From: Holophaga sp.
GTDB lineage: Bacteria; Acidobacteriota; Holophagae; Holophagales; Holophagaceae
Assembly (NCBI GenBank): GCA_041908845.1
Contig: JAYREN010000001.1
Location: forward strand, 1-55,256
Reading direction: 5' to 3'
Length of the DNA stretch: 55,256 nt
Shown here one piece after another: positions 1-8,137 of this stretch. The first letter of the stretch is position 1. Each line of letters begins with the position of its first letter. The position numbers and the translations under genes are program-made. The notes below the pieces were generated by a model, which had not been told where the DNA came from, did not search any database, and worked only from the letters and a program-made list of their open reading frames with translations.

Positions 1-153
1 ACCCACGGCCCCGAGGGTGGCATCACCGATGGGGAATTCGCTGCGCTGAACCGGGCTGGATGGGCGCCCGTCTCCCTGGGCGCCAGCATCCTGAGGGCCG
101 TCACCTGCCCAGCCGCGATCCTCGGGGCCGTGCAGTTCCAGCTGGGCCGATGA
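1..153 (+). CDS. rsmE: 16S rRNA m3U1498 methyltransferase RsmE, C-terminal fragment (5' end outside the window)
   Basis: Frame 1 reads THGPEGGITDGEFAALNRAGWAPVSLGASILRAVTCPAAILGAVQFQLGR, ending at TGA 151-153. The GPEGG...LG..ILR block matches the conserved RsmE C-terminus. Confidence 0.6.
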   Translation, partial: THGPEGGITDGEFAALNRAGWAPVSLGASILRAVTCPAAILGAVQFQLGR

Positions 154-198
154 AGCAACGCTTTGGAACGGCGGCCAAATCCCGCAAACTGTTTATCT

Positions 199-1083
199 AT
201 GGCGCCTGACCGCTACGACCTTCCGATCTCCTTCGTCGACACCCCCGAGGCCCTCGGAGAGGCCCTGCCCCACTGGTTTTCCGCCCATCTCCTGGCTGTG
301 GACATCGAGTGCAGCCTCACCGGCGTGCATCACTGCGCCATGGCCCTGGTGCAGATCGCCACCCACGACCAGGCCTGGCTCGTGGATCCCATCGCCTTGG
401 GTGACCTCATGAAACCCGCCATGCGCGCCCTTGCGGAGGTCCCCTGGATCGTCCACGACTTCTCCGGGGATGGCGTGGTGTTCAAGCGTCTCTACGATGT
501 GATCCCCTGTTCGGTGATGGACACCATGATGCTGGCCCGGGCCCTGGGCTACCCCCAGCCTGGTCTCAAGACCCTTGCTCGGCTCAAGCTCGGCGTGGAG
601 ATTCCCAAGGAGGAGCAAGACAGCAATTGGATGCTGCGACCCCTGAGGGCCACCCAGATCAGCTATGCGGCGCGGGACGCGGCGCTGCTGCTGCCGCTCC
701 TGCGCCGTCTCGCCGATGAGGCCGAAACCAGGCGCACGGACCCGGAAATCGGCCCCCGCCTCGCCCACCTGCCCATGGAATTGCGTCATGTGGTGCAGCG
801 CATCCGGCAATACCGGGTACCCACCACTCACCCCGTAGTGGAAAAGGTCCGCGCCATGGGCCTGGGTCAGCTTGCGGAAGACCGTGCGCGCCGCCTTTCC
901 GAGCTCCGCCTCACCTGGGGCAACCAGGGCGATGTCGCCGCCGTGATGGAACTGGGCAATCGCTGGATCCTGGCCCGGGTCCAGCACCCACCGCGCTCCA
1001 AGGAGGCCCTGGAGCGCTGCATCCCCAACCCCCGCTTCCGCGCCAAGCGCCTGGAGGCGCTCTGGGAAGTGCTGGGATCCTGA
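199..1083 (+). CDS. RNase D-like DEDD 3'-5' exonuclease
   Basis: The track ORF 163..1083 starts at TTG; the first ATG is at 199 (MAPDRYDL). Exonuclease motifs are LAVDIE (ExoI DxE), IVHDFSGD (ExoII) and YAARDAALLL (ExoIII YxxxD). Confidence 0.75.
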   Translation: MAPDRYDLPISFVDTPEALGEALPHWFSAHLLAVDIECSLTGVHHCAMALVQIATHDQAWLVDPIALGDLMKPAMRALAEVPWIVHDFSGDGVVFKRLYDVIPCSVMDTMMLARALGYPQPGLKTLARLKLGVEIPKEEQDSNWMLRPLRATQISYAARDAALLLPLLRRLADEAETRRTDPEIGPRLAHLPMELRHVVQRIRQYRVPTTHPVVEKVRAMGLGQLAEDRARRLSELRLTWGNQGDVAAVMELGNRWILARVQHPPRSKEALERCIPNPRFRAKRLEALWEVLGS

Positions 1084-1145
1084 ACCAATATTCAAGTACC
1101 CGCCCCCCTGTGGTCGATTCCATTCCTACGACTCCGGAGCCCACC

Positions 1146-1925
1146 ATGTCCCAGGACGAAGTGATCATCCGTTTCCCCCAAGGACTTGTTGGATTCCCTG
1201 ATGCCAAGGAATTCAGGCTTTTCGAGCCCAGCGACGGCTACCCTTACAAATTCATGCAGTCCGTGACCTTCCCGGAGATTTCCTTCACCTGCATGGATGC
1301 TGCCGCCGTGAAGGCGGACTACGAAGTTCCCCTCGGCGATGCGGACTCCCAAACTCTGGCCCTGGTGGAGCCCCTGGAGGCCATGGTGCTGCTCATGGCG
1401 GTGGTCCCCGAGGACCCCACCCAGATGACTGCCAATCTCGCCGCGCCGCTGGTGATCAATACCCGCACCAAGGTGGGCGTGCACGTGGTCCTGGACAGCA
1501 CCCAGTTCCCCCTCAAGTACCCGGTATTCCCCTCGAAGTACGAGCTCCGCATCGCCTTCCCCGCGGGGCTGATCGGCTTCGCCCAGCACCATTCCTTTCG
1601 GCTCTTCGAACCCGTGGGGGGCTATCCCCTCAAGTTCCTCCAGTCCGTGGATGATCCAGATGTTTCGTTCTCCTGCATCGACGTGGCCGCCATCCAACCG
1701 GACTACGAGGTGGCGCTGGGGGAGGAGGACGCGGCGGCGCTCGCCCTGGAAGTACCCTCGGACGCCCTGGTCCTGGCCATGCTGGTCATCCCCGCGGACC
1801 CTCGGAAGATGACCGCCAATCTAGCGGGGCCCATCGTGATCAATGCCAGCACCCGAGTTGGTCGGCAGATCGCACTGAACACTCAGAAATTCCCCCTCAA
1901 GTTCCCTATTTTCCCCGAGAGCTGA
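1146..1925 (+). CDS. fliW: Flagellar assembly factor FliW, tandem two-domain form
   Basis: The track ORF 1110..1925 starts at GTG. ATG 1146 (MSQDEVIIRFPQGLVGF) is preceded by GGAG at 1136-1139. Two collinear FliW-like modules each carry F-P-x-G-L-x-G-F, FRLFEP, YP-KF-QSV, MTANL-(A/G)P-VIN and FPLK-P-F. The gene lies directly upstream of csrA. Confidence 0.85.
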   Translation: MSQDEVIIRFPQGLVGFPDAKEFRLFEPSDGYPYKFMQSVTFPEISFTCMDAAAVKADYEVPLGDADSQTLALVEPLEAMVLLMAVVPEDPTQMTANLAAPLVINTRTKVGVHVVLDSTQFPLKYPVFPSKYELRIAFPAGLIGFAQHHSFRLFEPVGGYPLKFLQSVDDPDVSFSCIDVAAIQPDYEVALGEEDAAALALEVPSDALVLAMLVIPADPRKMTANLAGPIVINASTRVGRQIALNTQKFPLKFPIFPES

Positions 1926-1937
1926 GGGATGTAGCCG

Positions 1938-2201
1938 ATGCTCGTCATCACCCGGAAGTCAGACGAATCAATCATCATCAATGGCAATATCGAAGTAATC
2001 GTTGTGGGCATCACCAAGGATGGGGTGCGCCTGGGCATCAATGCCCCCCGGGAAGTGCAAGTCCATCGGCGCGAAGTTTTCGAGGCCATTGCCGAAACCA
2101 ACCGTGCTTCCACCAATCCGGTGCCCAGTGCCCCGCTCCAGGACGCTGCCGCCCTGCTCCGGGCCAGTGCCCCTAAAGTCCGACTAACCAAGGGCCGATA
2201 A
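1938..2201 (+). CDS. csrA: Carbon storage regulator CsrA (flagellar FliW-associated type, extended C-terminus)
   Basis: MLVITRKSDESIIINGNIEVIVVGITKDGVRLGINAPREVQVHRREVFEAI matches the CsrA/RsmA core. An AGGGA RBS lies 8 nt upstream. The product is 87 aa with a tail of about 35 aa. Confidence 0.95.
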   Translation: MLVITRKSDESIIINGNIEVIVVGITKDGVRLGINAPREVQVHRREVFEAIAETNRASTNPVPSAPLQDAAALLRASAPKVRLTKGR

Positions 2202-2219
2202 GCACCGGATGGAGCAGCC

Positions 2220-2399
2220 ATGGACCTGAGCAGCATCTCCCCCGCCACCGTGATGGCACAGAAGTCCCAGAACCTGCAGGGCGAGATCGCCACCAACGTC
2301 CTCCGCAAGGTCCTGGACACAGAGGCGGCCCAGGCGGCCATGCTCATCCAGATGGCTCAGAAATCAGGGGTCGGCGTCAATATCGATACCCGCGCCTGA
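2220..2399 (+). CDS. YjfB-like putative motility protein (59 aa, below the ORF-track cutoff)
   Basis: Hand translation gives MDLSSISPATVMAQKSQNLQGEIATNVLRKVLDTEAAQAAMLIQMAQKSGVGVNIDTRA. GGAG lies 5 nt upstream of the ATG. The pattern resembles the small YjfB_motility family (N-terminal MD..S, a VLKK.LD-like core, a C-terminal G..ID..A), and the gene sits downstream of fliW-csrA. Confidence 0.6.
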   Translation: MDLSSISPATVMAQKSQNLQGEIATNVLRKVLDTEAAQAAMLIQMAQKSGVGVNIDTRA

Positions 2400-2425
2400 A
2401 TCGGCGTCGGTGCCATGGAGGCGCC

Positions 2426-2572
2426 ATGAAGATCACGGAACGGACTGCCCCTCCCCCCAAGCCTCCAGAACGGGATCGGCCCCAGCCGCCGCCCCCGCCC
2501 GTAGAGCGGCCCCAGGCCCCCGAACGCCCGAGATCCGGGGATGTAGGTCGGAACATCGATACCCAGGCCTGA
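2426..2572 (+). CDS. Small proline-rich ORF (48 aa) sharing the C-terminal NIDTxA motif with the preceding YjfB-like ORF
   Basis: Hand translation gives MKITERTAPPPKPPERDRPQPPPPPVERPQAPERPRSGDVGRNIDTQA. GGAGG lies 4 nt upstream. Its C-terminus SGDVGRNIDTQA parallels SGVGVNIDTRA of the neighbouring ORF. Confidence 0.35.
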   Translation: MKITERTAPPPKPPERDRPQPPPPPVERPQAPERPRSGDVGRNIDTQA

Positions 2573-2668
2573 GGTGAGGCTCATTCATTACCTTTGATCC
2601 CTGTTCATCTCCGGTGAAGAGAACTTTAAACCAGTGATGAACGGTCATCGCGGCCCTTCAGGGACCAG

Positions 2669-5509
2669 CTAGGCCATTCGTTTCAGATAGGGCTTTAAGT
2701 ACTGGCCCGTGATACTGCCTTTTTGCTTCGCCACCTCCTCGGGGGTGCCTTCGGCGATAACTAGGCCGCCCGCGGCCCCACCTTCCGGACCCAGATCCAG
2801 GATCCAGTCCGCAGTCTTGATCACGTCCAGGTTGTGCTCGATGACGACGAGGGTATTGCCGGTTTCGACGAGACGGTTCATGACCTCCAGCAGCTTCTGG
2901 ATGTCCTTGAGGTGTAGGCCCGTGGTGGGCTCGTCCAGGATGTAGAGGGTGCGCCCGGTGGCCCGCTTGGAGAGCTCCTTGGCAAGTTTCACCCGCTGGG
3001 CTTCGCCGCCAGACAACGTCGTCGCGCTCTGGCCCAGGCGAATGTAGCCCAACCCCACATCCATGAGGGTTTGCAGCTTGTTGGCCAGCACGGGGATGGG
3101 CGCAAACAATTCCAACGCCTCCTCCACGGTCATCGCCAGCACATCGGAGATGCTCTTGCCCTTGTAGTGCACCTCCATGGTCTCGCGGTTGTAGCGCTTG
3201 CCCTTGCACTGCTCGCAGGTGACATACACATCCGGAAGGAAGTGCATCTCGATGCGAATCACGCCATCGCCCTCACACTTGTCGCAGCGCCCGCCCTTCA
3301 CATTGAAGCTGAAGCGGCCCGCTGCATAGCCGCGCGCCTTGCTCTCCGGTAGCTGGGCGAAGAGCTCCCGCAGCGGCGTAAACAGGCCCGTGTAGGTGGC
3401 AGGGTTGCTGCGGGGCGTGCGACCTATGGGCGCCTGGTCAATGTCGATGACCTTGTCGATCTGGTCGAGGCCTTCGATCTTCTTGTGCTTGCCCACCACG
3501 TGGACGCCCTGGTGGAGCTGGTTGGCGAGGGCCTTGTAGAGGATCTCGTTCACCAGGGTGCTCTTGCCGCTGCCCGAGACCCCCGTCACGCAGGTGAGGA
3601 TGCCGATGGGGAATTTCACATCGATTCCCTGGAGGTTGTTCTCCCGGGCTCCCAGCACCTTGATGTGGCCGCGCTGAGCCTTGCGCCGTTTGCGGGGAAC
3701 GGCGATCTCCTCCTTTCCGCACATGAAGTGACCGGTGACGGAATCCGGATGCTGGGCGATCTCGGCAGGGGTGCCCTGGGCCACCAACCACCCGCCGTGT
3801 TCTCCAGCTCCGGGGCCCAGGTCCACCACATGATCGGCCTCCAGGATGGTCTCCAGATCATGTTCCACCACCAGCACCGTGTTGCCGAGGTCGCGCATGT
3901 CCTTGAGGGTCCTCAGCAGCTTGTGGTTGTCCCGCTGATGCAATCCGATGCTGGGCTCATCCAACACATACAGCACGCCCTGGAGCTTGGAGCCAATCTG
4001 GGTAGCCAGGCGGATGCGCTGGCCTTCGCCCCCGGATAGTGTCGCGGCGCTGCGGTCGAGCGTGAGATAGCCCAGGCCCACGTCGTCCAGGAAGCCCAGG
4101 CGCTCGTTGATCTCCTTCAGGATCTTCTCCGCGATGACAGCGTCTTTCCCCTCCAGGCTCAGGGCCCCGAACCAGGCCTTGGAATCCCGCACACTCTGCT
4201 GCACGACCTCGGACACATTCTTGCCGCCCACGAAGACGCTCAGGACTTCAGGTTTGAGGCGCTGGCCCCCGCAGGTCTCGCAGGGGATCACGCGCATGGA
4301 TTCCTCCATCTCGGCCCGGATCTCCTCGCTGCTGGTCTCCCTGTAGCGGCGCTCCAGGTTGCCGATGACGCCTTCAAAGGTGTGGAGGAATTCGTATTTG
4401 CTCCGGCCCTTCTCGTACTTGAAGCGCATGGCCCTCGAGCTGCCGTGCAGGAGGATTTCGCGAATCTCCGCGGGCAGCTTCTTCCAGGGCACGTCCAGAC
4501 TGAAGTTCAGCTTGCTGGAGAGCTGATCCATCATCTGGGCCCGCCAGCCGTCCTCGCTCACACTCTTCCAGCCGCTGGCCTGGAGGGCGCCCTGATTGAT
4601 GCTCAGCTCCGGGTTGGGAACGATGAGTTCTTCCGCGAACTGGCGCTTGAAGCCCAGGCCATCGCAGGCGGGGCAGGCGCCGTAGGGCGTGTTGAACGAA
4701 AAACTCCGGGGTTCCAGCTCAGGCAGACCGAGGCCGAAGCGGCCGCATTTCACGTTGTTGCAGGCCAGCTTGCTAGAGAAGAGCCGCTCCTTTCCGTCCA
4801 GATCGCAGAGGGCGCTGCCTTCCGCCAGGCCGCAGGCGATTTCCAGGCTGTCCGCCAGACGGGTGCGGATGGCCTCGCTGACCTTTAGGCGATCGATGAC
4901 CACCTCGATGGTGTGCTTCTTCTGCTTGTCCAGATCCGGCAGGCCCTCGGTGAGATCCAACAGAGCGCCGTTCACCCGGGCGCGAATGTAGCCGCGCTTC
5001 ATCAGATCCTGGAGCATCTTCTTGTACTCGCCCTTCCGCCCGCGCACCACGGGCGCGAGGATCTGGACCTTGGTGCCCTCCGGCGACTGAAGGATCTGAT
5101 CGGCCATCTCCTGGATTGTCTGGCTGGCGATGGGCTGCCCGCACTCCATGCACACGGGCTTGCCCGTGCGGGCGAAGAGCAGGCGCAGGTAGTCGTAGAT
5201 CTCCGTGACCGTGGCCACCGTGGAGCGGGGATTGCGGCTGGTGGTCTTCTGCTCGATGGAAATGGCCGGACTGAGGCCCTCGATGGAATCCACGTCAGGC
5301 TTTTCCATCTGGTCCAGGAACTGCCGCGCGTAGGCGCTCAGACTCTCCACGTAGCGCCGCTGGCCTTCTGCATAGAGGGTGTCGAAGGCCAGGCTGGACT
5401 TTCCGCTGCCGGAGAGCCCCGTGACCACGATGAGCCGGTTGCGCGGCAGCACGAGATCGATGTTCTTGAGGTTGTGCTCCCGGGCGCCGCGAATCGTGAT
5501 GTTTTCCAT
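2669..5509 (-). CDS. uvrA: Excinuclease ABC subunit A
   Basis: The 946-aa product has two ABC modules (Walker [10 protein letters not shown] and GVSGSGKST) and zinc-finger cysteines ([16 protein letters not shown]). The N-terminus [17 protein letters not shown] is canonical. Confidence 0.98.
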   Translation of the reverse strand: MENITIRGAREHNLKNIDLVLPRNRLIVVTGLSGSGKSSLAFDTLYAEGQRRYVESLSAYARQFLDQMEKPDVDSIEGLSPAISIEQKTTSRNPRSTVATVTEIYDYLRLLFARTGKPVCMECGQPIASQTIQEMADQILQSPEGTKVQILAPVVRGRKGEYKKMLQDLMKRGYIRARVNGALLDLTEGLPDLDKQKKHTIEVVIDRLKVSEAIRTRLADSLEIACGLAEGSALCDLDGKERLFSSKLACNNVKCGRFGLGLPELEPRSFSFNTPYGACPACDGLGFKRQFAEELIVPNPELSINQGALQASGWKSVSEDGWRAQMMDQLSSKLNFSLDVPWKKLPAEIREILLHGSSRAMRFKYEKGRSKYEFLHTFEGVIGNLERRYRETSSEEIRAEMEESMRVIPCETCGGQRLKPEVLSVFVGGKNVSEVVQQSVRDSKAWFGALSLEGKDAVIAEKILKEINERLGFLDDVGLGYLTLDRSAATLSGGEGQRIRLATQIGSKLQGVLYVLDEPSIGLHQRDNHKLLRTLKDMRDLGNTVLVVEHDLETILEADHVVDLGPGAGEHGGWLVAQGTPAEIAQHPDSVTGHFMCGKEEIAVPRKRRKAQRGHIKVLGARENNLQGIDVKFPIGILTCVTGVSGSGKSTLVNEILYKALANQLHQGVHVVGKHKKIEGLDQIDKVIDIDQAPIGRTPRSNPATYTGLFTPLRELFAQLPESKARGYAAGRFSFNVKGGRCDKCEGDGVIRIEMHFLPDVYVTCEQCKGKRYNRETMEVHYKGKSISDVLAMTVEEALELFAPIPVLANKLQTLMDVGLGYIRLGQSATTLSGGEAQRVKLAKELSKRATGRTLYILDEPTTGLHLKDIQKLLEVMNRLVETGNTLVVIEHNLDVIKTADWILDLGPEGGAAGGLVIAEGTPEEVAKQKGSITGQYLKPYLKRMA

Positions 5510-5600
5510 GTCAAGGCCTCTACACCCACTTTACGCTAAATTTTCGTCATCGTCGCGGGATCTGCCGCGCTTGTTCTTCGATGCGCCCTAGAATGAATGC

Positions 5601-6503
5601 ATGCATCCTGCGGAATTCTCCATCCTGCTGCACCGCGCCCTGGAGGGGCGCCTCGGCAGCCTGCTCGAACGCACGGCCCGGGAGGACTGGCGGCAGGATC
5701 CCGAGGCCCTCCACGAGGTGCGTGTCGCTTCCCGCCGAGTGCGGGCGGTCCTGGAACTCGTGGATCCCAACATCTACCCGAAATACAACCGCCACCTGCG
5801 CCGATTGAAGGCCCTAACGAGCGCGCTGGGCGCCAGCCGCGAGCATGATGTCCATCTGGCCCTGCTGACGTCCCAGCCCACCTCATCCATGGAGTCCTCT
5901 GCCCTTGCGGCCCTAGAACATGCCCAGGAACTGCTGGATCTCTCCCGGCGGCGGGCCCAGAAACGCATGGTCCACGAACTCTCCAGGCTCAGCGTGGCCG
6001 ACTGCGAGGGGCTGCTGCGGGTGCCTAGCCTGCCGGACCCCTTCGCTCCAGGCGATGCCCCGGCCTCAGCCAGGGCCTGCCTCGAACCCAAGCTTAGGGC
6101 CGCGCTCGAGCCCCTCTCGCGCCTCGCAATCCAGGAGGATGCAATGGGGATGCACGCCGTTCGGATCCAGATAAAGAAGACCCGGTACACCCTGGAGATC
6201 CTTGCGCCGGTCATCCAAGGCCAGGTGGAGCCCGCACTGGATCGCCTCCGAGAACTACAGACGATTCTCGGTGAACACCATGACCTGGCCACCCTGGAAG
6301 GCTTCCTGTGGCGTCTCCACGAAGGGCTCACGGCCAGAAATCGCATCCTGCTGGCCGCGGGTCTCCTAGAGGTCCTCGGGCGGGTGGCCGAGACGCGCCG
6401 CACTTGGTTCGACCGCTTCCGAGAACGGGCTCCCCAGCTCGACCTGGAAGGGTTCCTGACCACGCTCTGGCCTTCGGCCCCCTCCCGAGAGTGCGCCCCG
6501 TGA
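5601..6503 (+). CDS. CHAD domain-containing protein
   Basis: Helical His/Arg-rich motifs are typical of CHAD (EALHEVRVASRRVRAVLE; MHAVRIQIKKTRYTLE; LGEHHDL). The start is ATG at 5601. Confidence 0.75.
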   Translation: MHPAEFSILLHRALEGRLGSLLERTAREDWRQDPEALHEVRVASRRVRAVLELVDPNIYPKYNRHLRRLKALTSALGASREHDVHLALLTSQPTSSMESSALAALEHAQELLDLSRRRAQKRMVHELSRLSVADCEGLLRVPSLPDPFAPGDAPASARACLEPKLRAALEPLSRLAIQEDAMGMHAVRIQIKKTRYTLEILAPVIQGQVEPALDRLRELQTILGEHHDLATLEGFLWRLHEGLTARNRILLAAGLLEVLGRVAETRRTWFDRFRERAPQLDLEGFLTTLWPSAPSRECAP

Positions 6504-8137
6504 GGCTCCGCTTCCGTCGCCTCCTGCCCCTGGCCTGGTTCAAGAGCCTGCACGCCAAGCTCTTCATTGTGACGGCCCTGGTGACCAGCGGCATCACCGT
6601 GGCCGTGGCTCTGCAGATCATCCGAAATTCCCGCAAAGAGCTGGAGATCAGCACGAAGCAGATCGCCCTCGAAACATCCCAGGCGGTCGAGGCCGATATC
6701 CTGACCCGCGACCCTGACTTCAGCGATCCCCGGGGAATCGAAGGCGTTCTGGAGAGCTTTGCTGGGGAGGGCCGCTCGATCTTTCAGATCGATGTCTTCA
6801 AGGCCGAAGGCAAGGGACAGGTCAACTTCGTCATCTCTTCAGGGGACGAAGCGAGCATTGAATGGAAGCCCGGCATCTCCACCTATATGACGGTCGGAAC
6901 CCCCACGGCCGAGATCGTACCACTCGTCGACACGGATACCGGCCAGACCAGTCGGGGCTGGCGTGTGTTCTACCCCATCAACAATCCCAAGCCCGGCCGT
7001 CCTCCCCTTGGGCTGATTCGCACCTACTGCGACCTTGAGCGTTGGGAGGTCGTCTGGGAAAGGAATCTCCAGCGCACCCTGAGGCTGCTGCCACCCGTGC
7101 TCCTGGGAGAATTCATCCTGTTGTGGGTGATCCTGGGGGCCCTGCTCAGCGATCCACTGAAAGGCATCATGGAGGCCATGCGCAAGCTGGAGCGCGGCGA
7201 TCCTTCGGCCCGCGCCGATGTCCCCCGCAAGGATGAATTGGGCCAGATCGCCCTGCGTTTCAACCAGATGGCCTCCCAGCTGCAGCGAGCCTCTGCGGAG
7301 CGCGAAGCCCTGGTCGAGGAGATCCGTGGGCTCAACGCCAACCTTCAGGACCGGGTAGACCTCGCCCTGACGGAACTGCAGGCCAAGAATCAGGAACTGG
7401 AGCACCTCCTCGAACGCAATGCCCTTTTGCGGGAAGAACTAGGCCAGCAGGAGCGCCTGGCAGTGGCCGGCCAGCTCACGGCCGCCTTCGCCCATGAAGT
7501 GGGGACGCCCCTCAACCTGGTCAACAGTCATCTGCAACTCTTGCATGGCCAGACAGATCTGGGCGACCGCACCCGGGAACGTCTAGGCGTGATCCAGGCC
7601 CAGATCGAGCGGGTTGGTGAGATCGTGCGGAAACTTCTGGGGCACACCCGTCGTCCCAAGCTCAACCAGGAGCACCTCCCCTTTGATCAGCTCATGGCCG
7701 ACTTGCAGCGCCTCTGGGGGCCCTCACTCGCGACCCAGCGGATCGCCTTTGCCATTTCGGCCCCCTCTCCCTGCGTGCTGCGGGTGGACCGCAAGCAGAT
7801 GGAGCAGATCTTCATCAACCTGGTAAACAACGCGGTCTACGCCATGCCCGAAGGGGGCGCCATTCATCTCGCAGTGGAACCCGACCCTAATGCCACGGCC
7901 GCTGCACCGGCTTGGCAGTTCACACTGAGGGACGAGGGTACGGGGATTCCCGCCGAGCACCTCGCCAAAGTATTCAAGCCCATGTTCACCACGAAACCCG
8001 AAGGCAAGGGCACGGGCCTGGGCCTGGCCATCGTCCGGGAAATCGTGCGGTCCCACGGGGGTGAAGTGCGCATCGAAAGCGAGGAAGGCAAGGGCACAAC
8101 CGTGATCTTCACCCTGCCCGGCGCGCCACAAACTTAG
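6500..8137 (+). CDS. Membrane sensor histidine kinase with HAMP domain
   Basis: GTG 6500 overlaps the CHAD stop codon (GTGA); the upstream part of track ORF 6308..8137 overlaps the CHAD gene and was discarded. The product has two TM segments, a HAMP region (LSDPLKGIMEAMRKLERGD...), H-box AHEVGTPLN, N-box NLVNNAVYAM and G-boxes DEGTGI and GKGTGLGLAIV. Confidence 0.9.
   Translation: MRLRFRRLLPLAWFKSLHAKLFIVTALVTSGITVAVALQIIRNSRKELEISTKQIALETSQAVEADILTRDPDFSDPRGIEGVLESFAGEGRSIFQIDVFKAEGKGQVNFVISSGDEASIEWKPGISTYMTVGTPTAEIVPLVDTDTGQTSRGWRVFYPINNPKPGRPPLGLIRTYCDLERWEVVWERNLQRTLRLLPPVLLGEFILLWVILGALLSDPLKGIMEAMRKLERGDPSARADVPRKDELGQIALRFNQMASQLQRASAEREALVEEIRGLNANLQDRVDLALTELQAKNQELEHLLERNALLREELGQQERLAVAGQLTAAFAHEVGTPLNLVNSHLQLLHGQTDLGDRTRERLGVIQAQIERVGEIVRKLLGHTRRPKLNQEHLPFDQLMADLQRLWGPSLATQRIAFAISAPSPCVLRVDRKQMEQIFINLVNNAVYAMPEGGAIHLAVEPDPNATAAAPAWQFTLRDEGTGIPAEHLAKVFKPMFTTKPEGKGTGLGLAIVREIVRSHGGEVRIESEEGKGTTVIFTLPGAPQT

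Noticed and set aside
5510-5600. Search for an SOS (LexA) box in the uvrA / CHAD divergent promoter region.
   Set aside because: No CTGT-N8-ACAG or GAAC-N4-GTTC-type palindrome is present. The LexA motif of this lineage is unknown to me, so absence cannot be asserted either.
6308-6499. N-terminal 64-codon extension of the histidine kinase ORF. Similar upstream extensions occur at 27628..28299, 36767..36940 and 45989..46018.
   Set aside because: The extensions overlap the preceding gene or run antisense to it, and they translate to Arg/Pro-rich sequence with no recognisable domain. Better starts with RBS or stop-start coupling exist downstream: GTGA at 6500, and ATG at 28300, 36941 and 46019.
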